DNA of 64,000 nucleotides from Candidatus Nealsonbacteria bacterium (GTDB lineage Bacteria; Patescibacteriota; Minisyncoccia; Minisyncoccales; JANBVM01): NCBI GenBank assembly GCA_026016225.1, contig CP061210.1, positions 517,882 to 581,881 of the forward strand, read 5' to 3'. Shown piece by piece: positions 44,068 to 54,612 of this stretch (position 1 is its first letter; each line of letters starts with the position of its first letter). The notes under the pieces were generated by a model. It saw only the letters and a program-made list of their open reading frames with translations, ran no database searches and was not told where the DNA came from. The position numbers and the translations under genes were made by a program.

Positions 44068-44712
44068 TTAAATAGCGTGTCTCTCCTCCATTTTCTCCTC
44101 ACTGGTTTTTGTTAAATACATCAATTTTTCGATTATACTATCTAAAAATATTCCAGCGATTGCTTCAAAAAAAGTTCTTAAAGGTAAAATTGGACCCCCT
44201 ACTAAACGTTTTCTAGAGTAATCTACAGCTTCAACAACTTCTTCTCTCCCCGGTAACTTTATTGTTACATCTGCCAGTCTTCCAAGCGGCGAATCTCTAT
44301 GAGAAGTAATGACTATTATCTTTGCTCCAATCTCTGTTATTATTTTTTCACATCTATCTATATTGGTAGATGTAGTGCCCGACCCGGATATAACCATTAC
44401 GATATCTTCCTCCCTTACCCTTGGAGCAGTAGATTCACCAATGACGTGGGCATGAAAATCCATTTGCCGAAAACGCATAGCACATCCTTCTCCTACTAAC
44501 TTAGACCTTCCTTCTCCCATGAAAAAGACTCTTTTATGTTCTTCATATGCATACATGCACAAATCTATTAATCCTCGGATTCCCTTCTCTTCCCTGTTTT
44601 CCTCTAAAACTTTTTTTGCGCCATCTTCTATTAATTTGACTTTAAGCACCATCAAATCTGTTATATCTTTTTGTATATCTTTTTCAGAATCTATTTTTTT
44701 ATTCGCGTTCAT
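44068..44712 (-). CDS. SIS-domain sugar-phosphate isomerase (6-phospho-3-hexuloisomerase-like)
   Basis: 214 aa. SIS motifs VISGSGTTS and KIIVITS. Confidence 0.55.
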   Translation of the reverse strand: MNANKKIDSEKDIQKDITDLMVLKVKLIEDGAKKVLEENREEKGIRGLIDLCMYAYEEHKRVFFMGEGRSKLVGEGCAMRFRQMDFHAHVIGESTAPRVREEDIVMVISGSGTTSTNIDRCEKIITEIGAKIIVITSHRDSPLGRLADVTIKLPGREEVVEAVDYSRKRLVGGPILPLRTFFEAIAGIFLDSIIEKLMYLTKTSEEKMEERHAI

Positions 44713-44900
44713 TCAATAAACCATCTTTTTTATTCTGATTTTGTTTTTAAATATCTAACTATTACTTTTTAGCAGAATTCTTTTATACAATCAAGTATAT
44801 TTTGCCCTTGACAAAATTTATATTTGTGATATAATTTTGATATAAAGTGGAAAATAAAATTTTCATTTTATTCTTTAAAAAATAAATAGGTGAAGAAATA

Positions 44901-45998
44901 TTGAAGGAAAAAATAGCAATAACACATACGCGGGCCGATATAGACGTTTTTTTTACTGCAGCAATGCTTGGAATAAAAAAGTTTTTTTTCGTCAAAAACA
45001 GCGATGGAATTACAGTTAACTTCAAAAATGCTCGTTATATCGATAGGGGAAAAAGAGACCTAGATCATCATGGTCAAAAGGGAAAAACTAGTTTTGACTT
45101 AGTTCTAGAAGAGCTAAATCTTCAAAACGAAAGGTGGACTCAACCCATTAAAAGATTTGTTCAACGAGCAGATCTCAATGGAGAATCGCTACCATACGAC
45201 GCAAGTCAAATTTCCAAAGCTGTTGTAAGAATAAAAGATATCGATGATGAGAAGAACATGCAAACAGGAATAGAAATGGCTGAAGCAATCCTTTACTTTC
45301 ACAAGGAAGGAATAGCAAGGGATAATAAATTCACGCACCAGATTATAGCCGAGTTCATTAATGAAGTCTTTAAAGAAAATAAGATACCGAAGATGCTCAG
45401 TAGATATTTAGAACAACTTTCAAATCCAAGATTTGAAAGAATCTGCGATTTAGTTGAGATAGTAACAGGTTATTACAATAAGAATAAAGATTTGGAAAAG
45501 ACAAAAGAATTTACTAAGAAACTTCTTAGATATACGTTACACGATAGACAATTATTTGAGAAAGCCCAGGAAGACTTACAAAAAACAATGAAAATAAAGA
45601 CAAGAAAGGGTCTAATTGTGGTTAAAGAATATCAAGAGGAAGCTAATCCTAAATTTAATGTGGCAGCGAGAAAAATTGGTGCTATCGCAGTAATTCAACG
45701 ACAAATGAAAAATAAACAAACTCAGATTTTCTTTGATACAAAAAATATAAAAAAGGAACAAACAGATAAAACAATTGCATTATTAAGAATACTCGAAGCG
45801 AAAGGGAAAAAAATAAATAAAAGAGATCTTTGCAGAGAAGGAACAATTGAATCAGTAAAAGAATGGTTCTATTTTGTCGGAGAAAAGAGAGGAGTTATGA
45901 TCTTAAACGGGTCATTAACTGCACCCGATATTCCTCCCTCACGACTTTCTACAGAACAAATAATAGAATCAGTAAAAGCAGGATTAGAGACACAATAG
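44901..45998 (+). CDS. Hypothetical protein (TTG start)
   Basis: 365 aa. AGGTGA SD 8 nt upstream of TTG. No recognisable family. Confidence 0.45.
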   Translation: MKEKIAITHTRADIDVFFTAAMLGIKKFFFVKNSDGITVNFKNARYIDRGKRDLDHHGQKGKTSFDLVLEELNLQNERWTQPIKRFVQRADLNGESLPYDASQISKAVVRIKDIDDEKNMQTGIEMAEAILYFHKEGIARDNKFTHQIIAEFINEVFKENKIPKMLSRYLEQLSNPRFERICDLVEIVTGYYNKNKDLEKTKEFTKKLLRYTLHDRQLFEKAQEDLQKTMKIKTRKGLIVVKEYQEEANPKFNVAARKIGAIAVIQRQMKNKQTQIFFDTKNIKKEQTDKTIALLRILEAKGKKINKRDLCREGTIESVKEWFYFVGEKRGVMILNGSLTAPDIPPSRLSTEQIIESVKAGLETQ

Positions 45999-46151
45999 AT
46001 TTTCCGGCCCAATAAAGGCAAGAGGACGCCTAATAACGCGATAAGAAGTTCCTCGTTTTTTTTTACTTAAATTTTCAATTTTTCACATATAAAATATAAA
46101 AAGAACCTCTTTTGGATAAAAAGGTTCTTCTCTGTCCTGCCTCAATTAAAT

Positions 46152-46631
46152 TTACTTCAATTCAACTTTGGCGCCGGCTGCTCCGAATTTCTTTTTAATC
46201 TCTTCAGCTTCATCCTTCTTCACGTTTTCTTTTACAACCTGAGGACCTGAAGCTACTGCATCAACTAAATCTTTGGAATCCTTTAATCCTTTTTGTGTTG
46301 CGTCTCTTACTGCCTTAATAACGTCAATTTTCTTAGCTCCAACATCAGTTAGGACAATACTAACAACGCTCTTTTCTACTGCTTGAGCTGCGGCCGGAGC
46401 ACCACCTGCAGGGACAGCAGCAGCTACTATCTGAGGAGCAGCTGAAACACCAAACTTTTTTTCCAAGATTTTTACCAATTCTGCCAAATCCAAGACACTC
46501 ATTTTTTCAATCTCTTCTACCAATTTTTTAAATTTTGCAGGAACCTTAACTTTCTCCTCTTTGCCCTCCGTAGCTTTCTTGTCCGCCGTAGCTTTAGCAG
46601 AGGCGGGTTCTTTTTTTGTTTCTTCTGCCAT
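46152..46631 (-). CDS. rplL: 50S ribosomal protein L7/L12 with roughly 35 aa N-terminal extension
   Basis: 159 aa. Conserved hinge and C-terminal domain. Confidence 0.9.
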   Translation of the reverse strand: MAEETKKEPASAKATADKKATEGKEEKVKVPAKFKKLVEEIEKMSVLDLAELVKILEKKFGVSAAPQIVAAAVPAGGAPAAAQAVEKSVVSIVLTDVGAKKIDVIKAVRDATQKGLKDSKDLVDAVASGPQVVKENVKKDEAEEIKKKFGAAGAKVELK

Positions 46632-46636
46632 ATTTA

Positions 46637-47149
46637 TTATATTTTAAGTTTACTTAAAACATATACTAGACCTTTTAAGTTGTATTCTAAAGCTCTAACA
46701 AAATTTGTTACAGGAGCTGACAAACTTCCAGCTAATCTTGCCAAGAGCTCTTCTTTTGAAGGAATTTGAGCTAAAGCTATAAAATCTTCAGCTTCCCTAA
46801 ATTTATTTTCAAAAAATCCTCCCAAAATTTTTAAGTTCGGGTTTTCCTTTGAAAACTGATAAATTGCTTTAGCTGGAGAAATTTCGTCTTTATACCCAAA
46901 CACTAAGGCAATTTCTCCCTTTAATTTTTGAGGAGAGATTTTTAAACCGCTTTCTTTAAAAGCTATTTGAATTAATGTTTTTTTAGCAACTTTTAACTGG
47001 CTATCAGCTTTTTTTAGATTTTTCCTCAAATCAAACATGTCTTTTACTTTCAAACCTGTAAAATCAATAAAAATTACTGTTTTTTGCCTGGCAATGTTTT
47101 CTTTTAATTCTTCAAATACTTTTTTCTTTTGCTCTTTTGTTTTAGCCAT
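46637..47149 (-). CDS. rplJ: 50S ribosomal protein L10
   Basis: 170 aa. N-terminal [18 protein letters not shown]... typical L10, directly upstream of rplL. Confidence 0.9.
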   Translation of the reverse strand: MAKTKEQKKKVFEELKENIARQKTVIFIDFTGLKVKDMFDLRKNLKKADSQLKVAKKTLIQIAFKESGLKISPQKLKGEIALVFGYKDEISPAKAIYQFSKENPNLKILGGFFENKFREAEDFIALAQIPSKEELLARLAGSLSAPVTNFVRALEYNLKGLVYVLSKLKI

Positions 47150-47309
47150 GTCTTTTTTAAAAATAAATTAAAAAATCTGTGTATATACCACAGACCATCA
47201 CGAAGAATATTTATTCTTTTAATATATCCTCGGTAGGATTTATTTATCCTCCTTCTCTGAAGCTTCTGAGGATAAACCTGCTGTCTGTGGAATATTCAAG
47301 TATATATTT
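47150..47309 (-). promoter_or_regulatory. Structured rplJ 5' leader (candidate L10-leader autoregulatory RNA)
   Basis: Contains a 20-nt perfect palindrome TCCTCAGAAGCTTCTGAGGA and hairpin CTGTGtatatacCACAG, enclosed by an 8-bp long-range pair CCACAGAC (47195) / GTCTGTGG (47286). Confidence 0.4.
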
Positions 47310-47846
47310 TTAATTATTCTCTGTCAAGAGTTTGACTATTATCTTTCCAAAATCCTCTGCTGCTACAGGACCATTGGCAGTAATAATGTTACCATCAATA
47401 ACAACAGAATCTGCTTTATAAATTGCACCTTCTTTTTCTAAAATCTTCACCGCTTTTTTATCTAAAGAAGAGCTCCAAACAGTAGCTTTTTTTCCTTTCA
47501 AGATACCTGCTTTTGCCAAAATAACAGGAGAAATACAAATTGAAGCTAAAATTTTATTTTGAGAAACTATTTCTTTTGCTATTTTATATGATTCTTCATT
47601 GTCCAAACTCGCAAGGCATCCAGGTCCTCCAATAAAAATTACAGCGTCAAAATTAGCTATATTTATATCAGATAGCAATAAATCTATGTTTACTTCTCCC
47701 CCATCAGCTCCAATGGCTACTCCTTTTTTGTTTGAGGCTGTTTTTACTTCAAGCCCAGCTCTCTCCAAAATCTCTAGAGGAATAAAATATTCTGCATCTC
47801 GAAAATCCCGAAAAGCAATAATTATTACAACTCTTTTGTTTTTCAT
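47310..47846 (-). CDS. DJ-1/PfpI family protein
   Basis: 178 aa. Nucleophile elbow ASICISP and FDAVIFIGG. Confidence 0.8.
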   Translation of the reverse strand: MKNKRVVIIIAFRDFRDAEYFIPLEILERAGLEVKTASNKKGVAIGADGGEVNIDLLLSDINIANFDAVIFIGGPGCLASLDNEESYKIAKEIVSQNKILASICISPVILAKAGILKGKKATVWSSSLDKKAVKILEKEGAIYKADSVVIDGNIITANGPVAAEDFGKIIVKLLTENN

Positions 47847-47855
47847 AATCTTATG

Positions 47856-48923
47856 TTATTTAAGATATTTGGCTTTGGCAACGTTATGTTCTTCTAAAGT
47901 TTTGCTAAATATAGTTTCTCCCTCTGGCGTAGAAAGATAATACAAATAATCACTACTTTCAGGATACACGGCAGCTAAAATACTTTCAAGCCCAGGATTA
48001 GAGATTGGACCTAAGGGCAATCCCCTATATTTATAAGTATTATAAGGAGAATCAATTTGGGTCTCTTCTTTTGAAACCTTTGTTGTTTTTTTACCGGTAA
48101 TATAGGTTATGGTAGCGTCAACCTGAAGAGGAATATTATTCTTCAATCTTTTCCACAAAATTCCAGAAACTATATTTTTATCTTCAAAAATTCTAACTTC
48201 CTTCTCTAATAAAGAAGCTATAGTTACTATCTCAAAAATCGTCTTTCCTTGTTGATTAATCTCGTTTCTCAACTCCTGACTTAATTTCTTGTCAAAATTA
48301 TCCAACATTTTTCTGACAATTTCCTCAAGTCTTTGTTCATTGCTTTCTGCTCTTTGTTCTTTAATATAGTAAGTATCTGGAAAAAGATAACCTTCTAAAC
48401 TAATATTCTTGGGTTTATCTTTCAAAAAATCATAGTCTGAACTAAAATCTTTAGGTTGTGGCAAATCAGTTACTTTTGAACAATCAATTAAACGAAAACC
48501 TACTAATTCAAAGAGTTCTTCAGCTTGAAACATTCCTTTGTTTTCAAAATACCAACCAATATCTCTTAAATTCCAGCCCTCTGGAATTGTTATAGTTTCT
48601 TTAATAATGTCACCTGAAATTATTTTTTGGGCAATATCTGCAATACTCATTGAAGGACTTAAGAAATATTCTCCTGCCTGAAGGTTTTTCTGGCTACCTT
48701 TTAAAAATACATAAAAATTAAATAAGAATCTATTTTTTATTATCTTTTCTTTCTCTAAATCCTCTGAAATCTGAAATAAACTCTCCCCTTTTTCAATTAA
48801 GAATAATTTATTCTCAGTATCAGAAAGATTCAAAGGTAAATATATCTGTTGCCAAACAAGAAGAGAAAAAATGAATACTATTTGACAGAAAATAAGGATT
48901 AATAATTTACTTATTTGTTCCAT
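47856..48923 (-). CDS. mltG: Endolytic murein transglycosylase MltG (YceG-like)
   Basis: 355 aa, N-terminal TM plus YceG-like domain. Confidence 0.7.
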   Translation of the reverse strand: MEQISKLLILIFCQIVFIFSLLVWQQIYLPLNLSDTENKLFLIEKGESLFQISEDLEKEKIIKNRFLFNFYVFLKGSQKNLQAGEYFLSPSMSIADIAQKIISGDIIKETITIPEGWNLRDIGWYFENKGMFQAEELFELVGFRLIDCSKVTDLPQPKDFSSDYDFLKDKPKNISLEGYLFPDTYYIKEQRAESNEQRLEEIVRKMLDNFDKKLSQELRNEINQQGKTIFEIVTIASLLEKEVRIFEDKNIVSGILWKRLKNNIPLQVDATITYITGKKTTKVSKEETQIDSPYNTYKYRGLPLGPISNPGLESILAAVYPESSDYLYYLSTPEGETIFSKTLEEHNVAKAKYLK

Positions 48924-49545
48924 TTTTTGTGTTATCTATTATCAGCGGTACAAAGGCAAAACCTGGATATTCAATTTCTTCAAAGTCATTTTCTGTTTTT
49001 TTAACATAAAGCCAGATAGAAGAGCCTATAGGAGTAACAATTCGACCCCCTATTTTTAGTTGTTCTTTCCAAGCTGAAGGAAGTCTCTGGGCAGAAGCTG
49101 AAGCTAAAATTTTATCAAAAGGAGCTTCTTTTTTATATCCCTTTGAACCATCAGCACATATAAATTCAACTATTCCTTTTTCTACAAAATTGTATTTTGA
49201 CACATTTTTTTCTCCAAACTCCTTTAATTCTGAAACAATCTCAATGGCTATTACCTTTCCTTTATTTCCTACAACGTGAGACAACAGAGCTGTTGTCCAT
49301 CCAGATCCCGAACCAATATCTAAAATCTTATCTCCTTTTTGGGGGCCTAACTGTTCGAGCATAAAAGCTACGACCAGTGGCTGAGAAATTGTCTGTCCAT
49401 AACCTATTGGTAAAGCTTCATTAATCTCAGCTAAATCTTTAACATCTTCAGGCATAAAATCAATTCTTTTAATTTTTTTAAAAGCCTCAATAATTCTCGG
49501 AATCTTTAGCCATCCATTTTTAATTAAATTATCAATTAAAGCCAT
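48907..49545 (-). CDS. pcm: Protein-L-isoaspartate O-methyltransferase
   Basis: 212 aa canonical PCMT (GYGQTISQP, ILDIGSGSGWTTALL, PFDKIL). Confidence 0.85.
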   Translation of the reverse strand: MALIDNLIKNGWLKIPRIIEAFKKIKRIDFMPEDVKDLAEINEALPIGYGQTISQPLVVAFMLEQLGPQKGDKILDIGSGSGWTTALLSHVVGNKGKVIAIEIVSELKEFGEKNVSKYNFVEKGIVEFICADGSKGYKKEAPFDKILASASAQRLPSAWKEQLKIGGRIVTPIGSSIWLYVKKTENDFEEIEYPGFAFVPLIIDNTKNGTNK

Positions 49546-49579
49546 AGTGGTATTATTAAGTTAGTCGTTCGCTAAAGGA

Positions 49580-49882
49580 TTATTCTTTTGGATAAAGGGA
49601 AGATTTTTTAATAATGATTTTATAGATGTTTTCAATAAAATCACCTCCTGCATATCCGACAATAAAACTTAAAGCCGGACTAAACATATCCTCTAAAGTA
49701 AAACCAATGTTTTTTACTGCCATAACTGATAGTAAACCAATCAATCCAGAAAGAAAGGTCATCCCTAAAAAATAAGGTAACTTGAACTTTACGTTTTTAT
49801 AAGCATACTGATGTTTCACGAACCCAGTTAGTCCCCTGACAGCTCCCCCACCAAATCCTGCTATTAAAATTGCTAAATACAT
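49580..49882 (-). CDS. Small membrane protein, hypothetical
   Basis: 100 aa, three predicted helices. Confidence 0.35.
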   Translation of the reverse strand: MYLAILIAGFGGGAVRGLTGFVKHQYAYKNVKFKLPYFLGMTFLSGLIGLLSVMAVKNIGFTLEDMFSPALSFIVGYAGGDFIENIYKIIIKKSSLYPKE

Positions 49883-50382
49883 AGATTTGTCTATTATATT
49901 ATTATCTTAAGATAAATCTGTGAAAAGTTAAAGTCAAACAAAAACTGCCTAGATTACTAGACAGCCTTTGATTTAATCTTTTTTTTCCTTTTCCAAATCC
50001 ACAATGTTTGGATTATGGGCTTGGAGAATAAATAGGAAAAAAAAGATTATTTAGTTGGAGTAAAAAAATAAAAAATTAGAAAATTCTTTGCTTCGCAGCT
50101 TCTTCATTAAGTTCTTTTACTACTTGGATTCCATGGATTATTCTACTCTGTTCTTCAGAGAATTTTTTATTTGCCTTACGAAACAATTCTTCTTGTTCTT
50201 TCTCTTCAATCTCTTTTCTAGTTACCATTTTTAAACCACCTTTATAACTATATCATATATAATTAAATTTGTCAATAGTAAAATCCCTCCCAAGTAGATT
50301 AACAAAAAACCAAAGCTTACACTCTGGTCTCAATTTTAAATGGAATATAGTTTCGCAAACCTTCAGTTAATCGTGCTGGTAT

Positions 50383-51603
50383 TTATTCATAACGTAAAGC
50401 ATCAACTGGATTGAGTTTTGAGGCAGAACGGGCAGGTAAATAGCCTGCTATACAACCAATTAAGAAAGAAAAACCCAAGCCAAAAAGAACAAGCTGGGGA
50501 GTAATTGAAGCCTTTAATAAAAAGAGGTTTTGGGTTTGGCAATAAATTTCCACTATTTTAGCTAATCCTAATCCTAAAACTATCCCTCCCAATCCGCCAA
50601 CCAAACCAAATATACCGGATTCAATTAAAAAGATGGTGATGACGGTCTTATTTCTTGCTCCCACAGCTTTCATAATTCCGATTTCCCGAATTCTTTCGTG
50701 AACTGAAGTATACATAGTATTCATTATTCCTATTCCTCCAACAACAATAGCTATTGAAGCAAAGCCAAAAATTGCTATTTGTATCAAACCCATTATGTTG
50801 CCTACTATATCAGTCATTTTTTCACTGCTAATAACCGTATAAGATGGTAAGTCTTCTCCCCGTTTCCTCTTTCTGCTTTCTTCAAGATTTTCTTTTATGT
50901 TTTCAACTACTTCATCTGCTGAATAACCTGGTTTAACTTTAGCCATAGCTATTTTAGCCCCTGTTCTCTCTCCGGTAATTTCTCGGTAAATATCTAAATC
51001 TATATAAACCTGAGAGTCGTCTTGTTTACTCCCTACAGATTTTAATACTCCGACAACTTCAAACTGCTTTCCTTTGAGAGTAATTTGAGTTTCTGTTTTC
51101 ATTCCAGGAAAAATTTCTTCGGGCACTAAAAAACCAACAAAAATTTCTCTTTTTCCAGGAATTGGCCAACGTCCTTCTACTAATTCAAAGCCTATATCAG
51201 TTTTAAGTATATCCAAGCTTTCCTCTAAGGGAATTCCGCATAATAAAACTGTTCTTTTTTCTCCTTGATATCTCATTGCTTCTCCCCTATAGGTCATAGG
51301 AATAACAACATCTACTCCCTCTGCTTTTTTTATCGCTTTAATATCATCATCAGTTAGTTCTAATCCTCCGGCAAAGGTAGTCATTATATCAGTGAGTTCA
51401 CCGGGCATTATCATAATTAAATCCTTGCCCATCATCCTTAGTTGCTGCATAACCGCTGTTTTTATTCCTTCACTTAAAGAGAGCAATGACATAATCAGAA
51501 AAACACCAATAATAACACCAATCATAGTTAACCAGCTTCTCAGAGGTCTTGTTCTTAAACTTCCTATAGCGATTTTGATATGTTCTTTTATTGCTTTTCC
51601 CAT
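50383..51603 (-). CDS. ABC transporter permease (FtsX/MacB-like)
   Basis: 406 aa. N-terminal TM, MacB-type periplasmic core domain, C-terminal FtsX 3-TM module. Confidence 0.8.
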   Translation of the reverse strand: MGKAIKEHIKIAIGSLRTRPLRSWLTMIGVIIGVFLIMSLLSLSEGIKTAVMQQLRMMGKDLIMIMPGELTDIMTTFAGGLELTDDDIKAIKKAEGVDVVIPMTYRGEAMRYQGEKRTVLLCGIPLEESLDILKTDIGFELVEGRWPIPGKREIFVGFLVPEEIFPGMKTETQITLKGKQFEVVGVLKSVGSKQDDSQVYIDLDIYREITGERTGAKIAMAKVKPGYSADEVVENIKENLEESRKRKRGEDLPSYTVISSEKMTDIVGNIMGLIQIAIFGFASIAIVVGGIGIMNTMYTSVHERIREIGIMKAVGARNKTVITIFLIESGIFGLVGGLGGIVLGLGLAKIVEIYCQTQNLFLLKASITPQLVLFGLGFSFLIGCIAGYLPARSASKLNPVDALRYE

Positions 51604-52304
51604 AGAACTTTTCCAGCTGTTTCATGATTAGCAACTATTTGTCCATCCTTAATATTAATTACCTCTTCAGTGTATTCTGCAATATGAGGATCGTGAGTTA
51701 CAACAACAATGGTCTTTTTTTCTTTTTTATGAAGGTCGATTAAAATCTCCATAATCATCTTTCCAGTAGTAGAATCTAAATTCCCAGTAGGCTCATCAGC
51801 AACTATAATCTCAGGGTCATTGGATAAAGCTCTGGCAATAGCGACCCTTTGCCGTTCTCCCCCAGAAAGCTCACCAGGCCTATGGAAAATTCTTTTTCCT
51901 AAATTTATAGAGGCGAGTAATTTCTTTGCTCTATCTACTCTCTTGTTTTCAGCAACGCCTTGAAAAATCATTGGAAGCATTACATTTTCAAGAGCATTAA
52001 GATTATGAAGCAAATTAAATTGCTGAAAAACAAATCCAACTCTTTGTCCTCTAATCTGGGCAAGCTCATCTTCAGAAAGTCCTGCAACATTCTGTCCTTC
52101 CAAAAAAACCTCACCTTTAGTGGGAATATCTAAACAACCGATAATATGCAGAAGGGTTGATTTACCAGAACCCGATGGTCCCATTATTGTAACAAAAGCA
52201 CCCGGAAATACTTCCAGGCTTATTCCCTTTAAAACAGTAAGTTCTACTTCTCCTAACTGGTAAATTTTCCAGACATTCTCTAATTTTATCAATGGCTCTG
52301 CCAT
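51588..52304 (-). CDS. ABC transporter ATP-binding protein (MacB/LolD-like)
   Basis: 238 aa. Walker A GPSGSGKST, signature LSGGERQRVAIARAL, Walker B IVADEPTGNLD. Confidence 0.9.
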   Translation of the reverse strand: MAEPLIKLENVWKIYQLGEVELTVLKGISLEVFPGAFVTIMGPSGSGKSTLLHIIGCLDIPTKGEVFLEGQNVAGLSEDELAQIRGQRVGFVFQQFNLLHNLNALENVMLPMIFQGVAENKRVDRAKKLLASINLGKRIFHRPGELSGGERQRVAIARALSNDPEIIVADEPTGNLDSTTGKMIMEILIDLHKKEKKTIVVVTHDPHIAEYTEEVINIKDGQIVANHETAGKVLWEKQ

Positions 52305-52314
52305 AATTCAATAT

Positions 52315-52368
52315 ATATTTATACCTTAACGAATCAAGGTTCTGCCGAGCGTTAGAGAGGCAGGTTCT
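52315..52368. repeat. Interspersed repeat of the ...GAATCAAGGTTCT...GAGAGG..GGTTCTTAT family
   Basis: GAATCAAGGTTCTgccgagcgttagagaggcaGGTTCTTAT, same architecture as units at 63390..63545 and 41258..41330. Confidence 0.5.
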
Positions 52369-52376
52369 TATATTTT

Positions 52377-53990
52377 CTAATCAATAACAACTTCTTCTCC
52401 TTCTTGCAGCCCGGAAATAACTTCAATATATTCATTTCCTTCCAAGCCAATTTCTATTTCTCGTTTTTTAACCTCGCCGTCCTTAAAAACCTGAACTATT
52501 TTTTTGCCATCCATTTTCTTTACTGCCCTTTTTGGAATAACTAATACATTTTCCTTTTTATCACTTTCAATAATAATATCAGCTGTCATGCCCGGTTTAA
52601 TCCCTTCCTTGGTTTCCTCAAAGTCAATAGTTACTTCATAATAAACTATTCCCCCAATCAACTTTTCTGCCGGGTCAATTGAAATTACTTTGCCTTTTAA
52701 AATCTCGTCTGAAAAAGCAACTAAAGTAATCTCTACTGGATTATCAACTTTAATGTCAATAATATCTTCTTCATAAATATCTACTTCTATTTTAAAGGGA
52801 CTGGAAGGAAGAAGAATAATTACAGCATCTTGAAGTGTTGACTGGACTATCTCACCTATGCTTTTGTTTACTTTTACCACCTGTCCATCAACGGGGGTTC
52901 TCAATATAGTGTCTTCAATTTGTTTTTCTAAAAGCCGAATCTTTGCTGTTGCCTGTTTCGTCTGGGCTTGGTACAAATCAATGTCTTCTTGTCTGGGAGG
53001 AGCTATAATTTTTGCCAGGTTATCCTCTGCTGCTTTTAATTCTCCTTCAGCTAAATCAATTTTTCCTTGGTAAGTATTAATATTAATTACATTTGTTGTT
53101 TTAGTTGAAGAAATTGTTTGTTGAGAATTAACAACATTTGTCAAAGCAGTATTAATATATCCCCGGTCAGTATCTAAAGAGCTCTTATGGGTAGAGGAAA
53201 CGGTATTTTTATAAGCCTGGTCTTCACATGTGTCTCTAATAATTTTTAAAGCATCAGAAACAATCTCTAAATCTCCTTTCATTTTAGAAAGAGTAATATC
53301 AATATCCTCATATTTTTGGGTGGCTTTTGCAGTGTCTAAATAAGGTTTTATTCGGTTTAAAGCATTCTCTATTCTATCCTTATTTTCCCTGACCCTAAAT
53401 CCCTGCTGATCGGCATTTATAAAGTATGTTCTCTGAATTAAATCTGCCGTATTAAAAGTATTGGAAATTTTCAAGTAAGAATCATTTAAAACATTTAAAG
53501 CATCTTCGTAGGCTGCTTCCAAATTTTCTTCTCCCTGTTCTTTTATATCTTCTAACTTTTGCTTTGCCGTTGCTAAAGAAATCTTGGCATTATCAACACT
53601 AGTTTGTGTAATTTGAATTTCTTCTGAACTCGCTCCCCTTAACAATTTATTCAGTTGAGCTTGATTTAGCTCTAAGTTAGCTTCAGCTTCCTGTAATTGA
53701 ATCTTCAATTGAGTATTTTCTAACTTCGCTAATATATCTCTCTCTTTGACTTCTTCTCCAACCTCAACATATGTCTTTTCAATTATGCCTGCTGATTTGA
53801 AACTAAGATTTATTTTTTCTTCCTTTTTAACCTGACCCGTTTCTAAAACTTCTTGCAAAACATCTCCCTTCATAACTTCCGCCAAAGTAAAATCTAATTT
53901 TTCTTTTTTAAAATAAGTCTGATAGATAAAAATAGAAAAAATAGAAATAATAACCAGAGCTCCTATAATTTTTTTCACACTTAATGTCAT
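52377..53990 (-). CDS. Efflux periplasmic adaptor (HlyD/MacA-like) with long coiled coil
   Basis: 537 aa. N-terminal TM, biotin-lipoyl-like region, extended coiled coil, beta-barrel C-terminus. Upstream of the ABC ATPase and permease genes. Confidence 0.75.
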   Translation of the reverse strand: MTLSVKKIIGALVIISIFSIFIYQTYFKKEKLDFTLAEVMKGDVLQEVLETGQVKKEEKINLSFKSAGIIEKTYVEVGEEVKERDILAKLENTQLKIQLQEAEANLELNQAQLNKLLRGASSEEIQITQTSVDNAKISLATAKQKLEDIKEQGEENLEAAYEDALNVLNDSYLKISNTFNTADLIQRTYFINADQQGFRVRENKDRIENALNRIKPYLDTAKATQKYEDIDITLSKMKGDLEIVSDALKIIRDTCEDQAYKNTVSSTHKSSLDTDRGYINTALTNVVNSQQTISSTKTTNVININTYQGKIDLAEGELKAAEDNLAKIIAPPRQEDIDLYQAQTKQATAKIRLLEKQIEDTILRTPVDGQVVKVNKSIGEIVQSTLQDAVIILLPSSPFKIEVDIYEEDIIDIKVDNPVEITLVAFSDEILKGKVISIDPAEKLIGGIVYYEVTIDFEETKEGIKPGMTADIIIESDKKENVLVIPKRAVKKMDGKKIVQVFKDGEVKKREIEIGLEGNEYIEVISGLQEGEEVVID

Positions 53991-54018
53991 AATTTAAATA
54001 AAGATAGAAATAAAATTC

Positions 54019-54348
54019 TTAATTTCTTTTTTTAGTTAAAATTTTATGCCAATCAGGATAAGATGAAACTCCTTCGAAAATCAAACCGCCCAAAAATCCA
54101 AATATAAGATTCTCTATTACTGGAGAAAAGCTATATAGGAGAATAAAAATTAAACCAATAATACCCATCATCCAGTGGTGAAAGTGTAGTTCATAGCTAC
54201 CAATAGTAAGAATGACAGAATTAAATCTTCCAGATAAAAGTTTTGCAAGAAAATAACCAGAAATAAGTGCTAAATAAATCCTTAAGGATATTAAAACTAA
54301 TGGAATCCCTAAAAGAAATTTTGGCATATTTATCTTTATCTTTTTCAT
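54019..54348 (-). CDS. Small membrane protein, hypothetical
   Basis: Trimmed from track ORF 54019..54411, whose first 21 codons are a read-through of tRNA-Trp. Starts at MKKIKINMPKF. Confidence 0.35.
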   Translation of the reverse strand: MKKIKINMPKFLLGIPLVLISLRIYLALISGYFLAKLLSGRFNSVILTIGSYELHFHHWMMGIIGLIFILLYSFSPVIENLIFGFLGGLIFEGVSSYPDWHKILTKKRN

Positions 54349-54349
54349 G

Positions 54350-54420
54350 CAGGGGCGGAGGGAGTCGAACCCCCGACTGGAATTTTGGAGATTCCCATGA
54401 TACCACTTCACTACGCCCCC
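54350..54420 (-). tRNA. tRNA-Trp (anticodon CCA)
   Basis: Minus strand GGGGGCGTAGTGAAGTGGTATCATGGGAATCTCCAAAATTCCAGTCGGGGGTTCGACTCCCTCCGCCCCTG. Anticodon loop CTCCAAA. No encoded CCA. Confidence 0.8.
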
Positions 54421-54439
54421 ATATATTTTAAGCCAACTA

Positions 54440-54604
54440 TTACTTTTTTGTTTCTTTATGTAAAGTATGCTTCCTGCACCATTTACAGTGTTTTTTCAAT
54501 TCTAATTTCTCCTTCACCATCTTCTTTGATTTGTGGGTGTGATAATTAACTCTTTTACAAACCGTACACATCATTTTTACAAATGGTTTTTTTCTTTTTG
54601 CCAT
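54440..54604 (-). CDS. rpmG: 50S ribosomal protein L33
   Basis: 54 aa MAKRKKPFVKMMCTVCKRVNYHTHKSKKMVKEKLELKKHCKWCRKHTLHKETKK. CxxC...CxxC zinc ribbon and KLELKK-CRKHT motif. Track ORF is extended upstream through the tRNAs. Confidence 0.8.
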   Translation of the reverse strand: MAKRKKPFVKMMCTVCKRVNYHTHKSKKMVKEKLELKKHCKWCRKHTLHKETKK

Positions 54605-54612
54605 GGTTTCTA

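Noticed and set aside
54019-54348. Small membrane protein after tRNA-Trp considered as SecE (by analogy with the rpmG-secE-nusG-rplKAJL arrangement)
   Set aside because: No nusG/rplK/rplA follow. The protein has several hydrophobic segments but lacks the SecE C-terminal amphipathic/TM signature, so it is left as hypothetical.
54019-54411. 130-aa track ORF starting MKWYHGNLQNSSRGFDSLRPC
   Set aside because: The first 21 codons translate the tRNA-Trp gene on the same strand. The CDS was trimmed to the internal Met at 54348.
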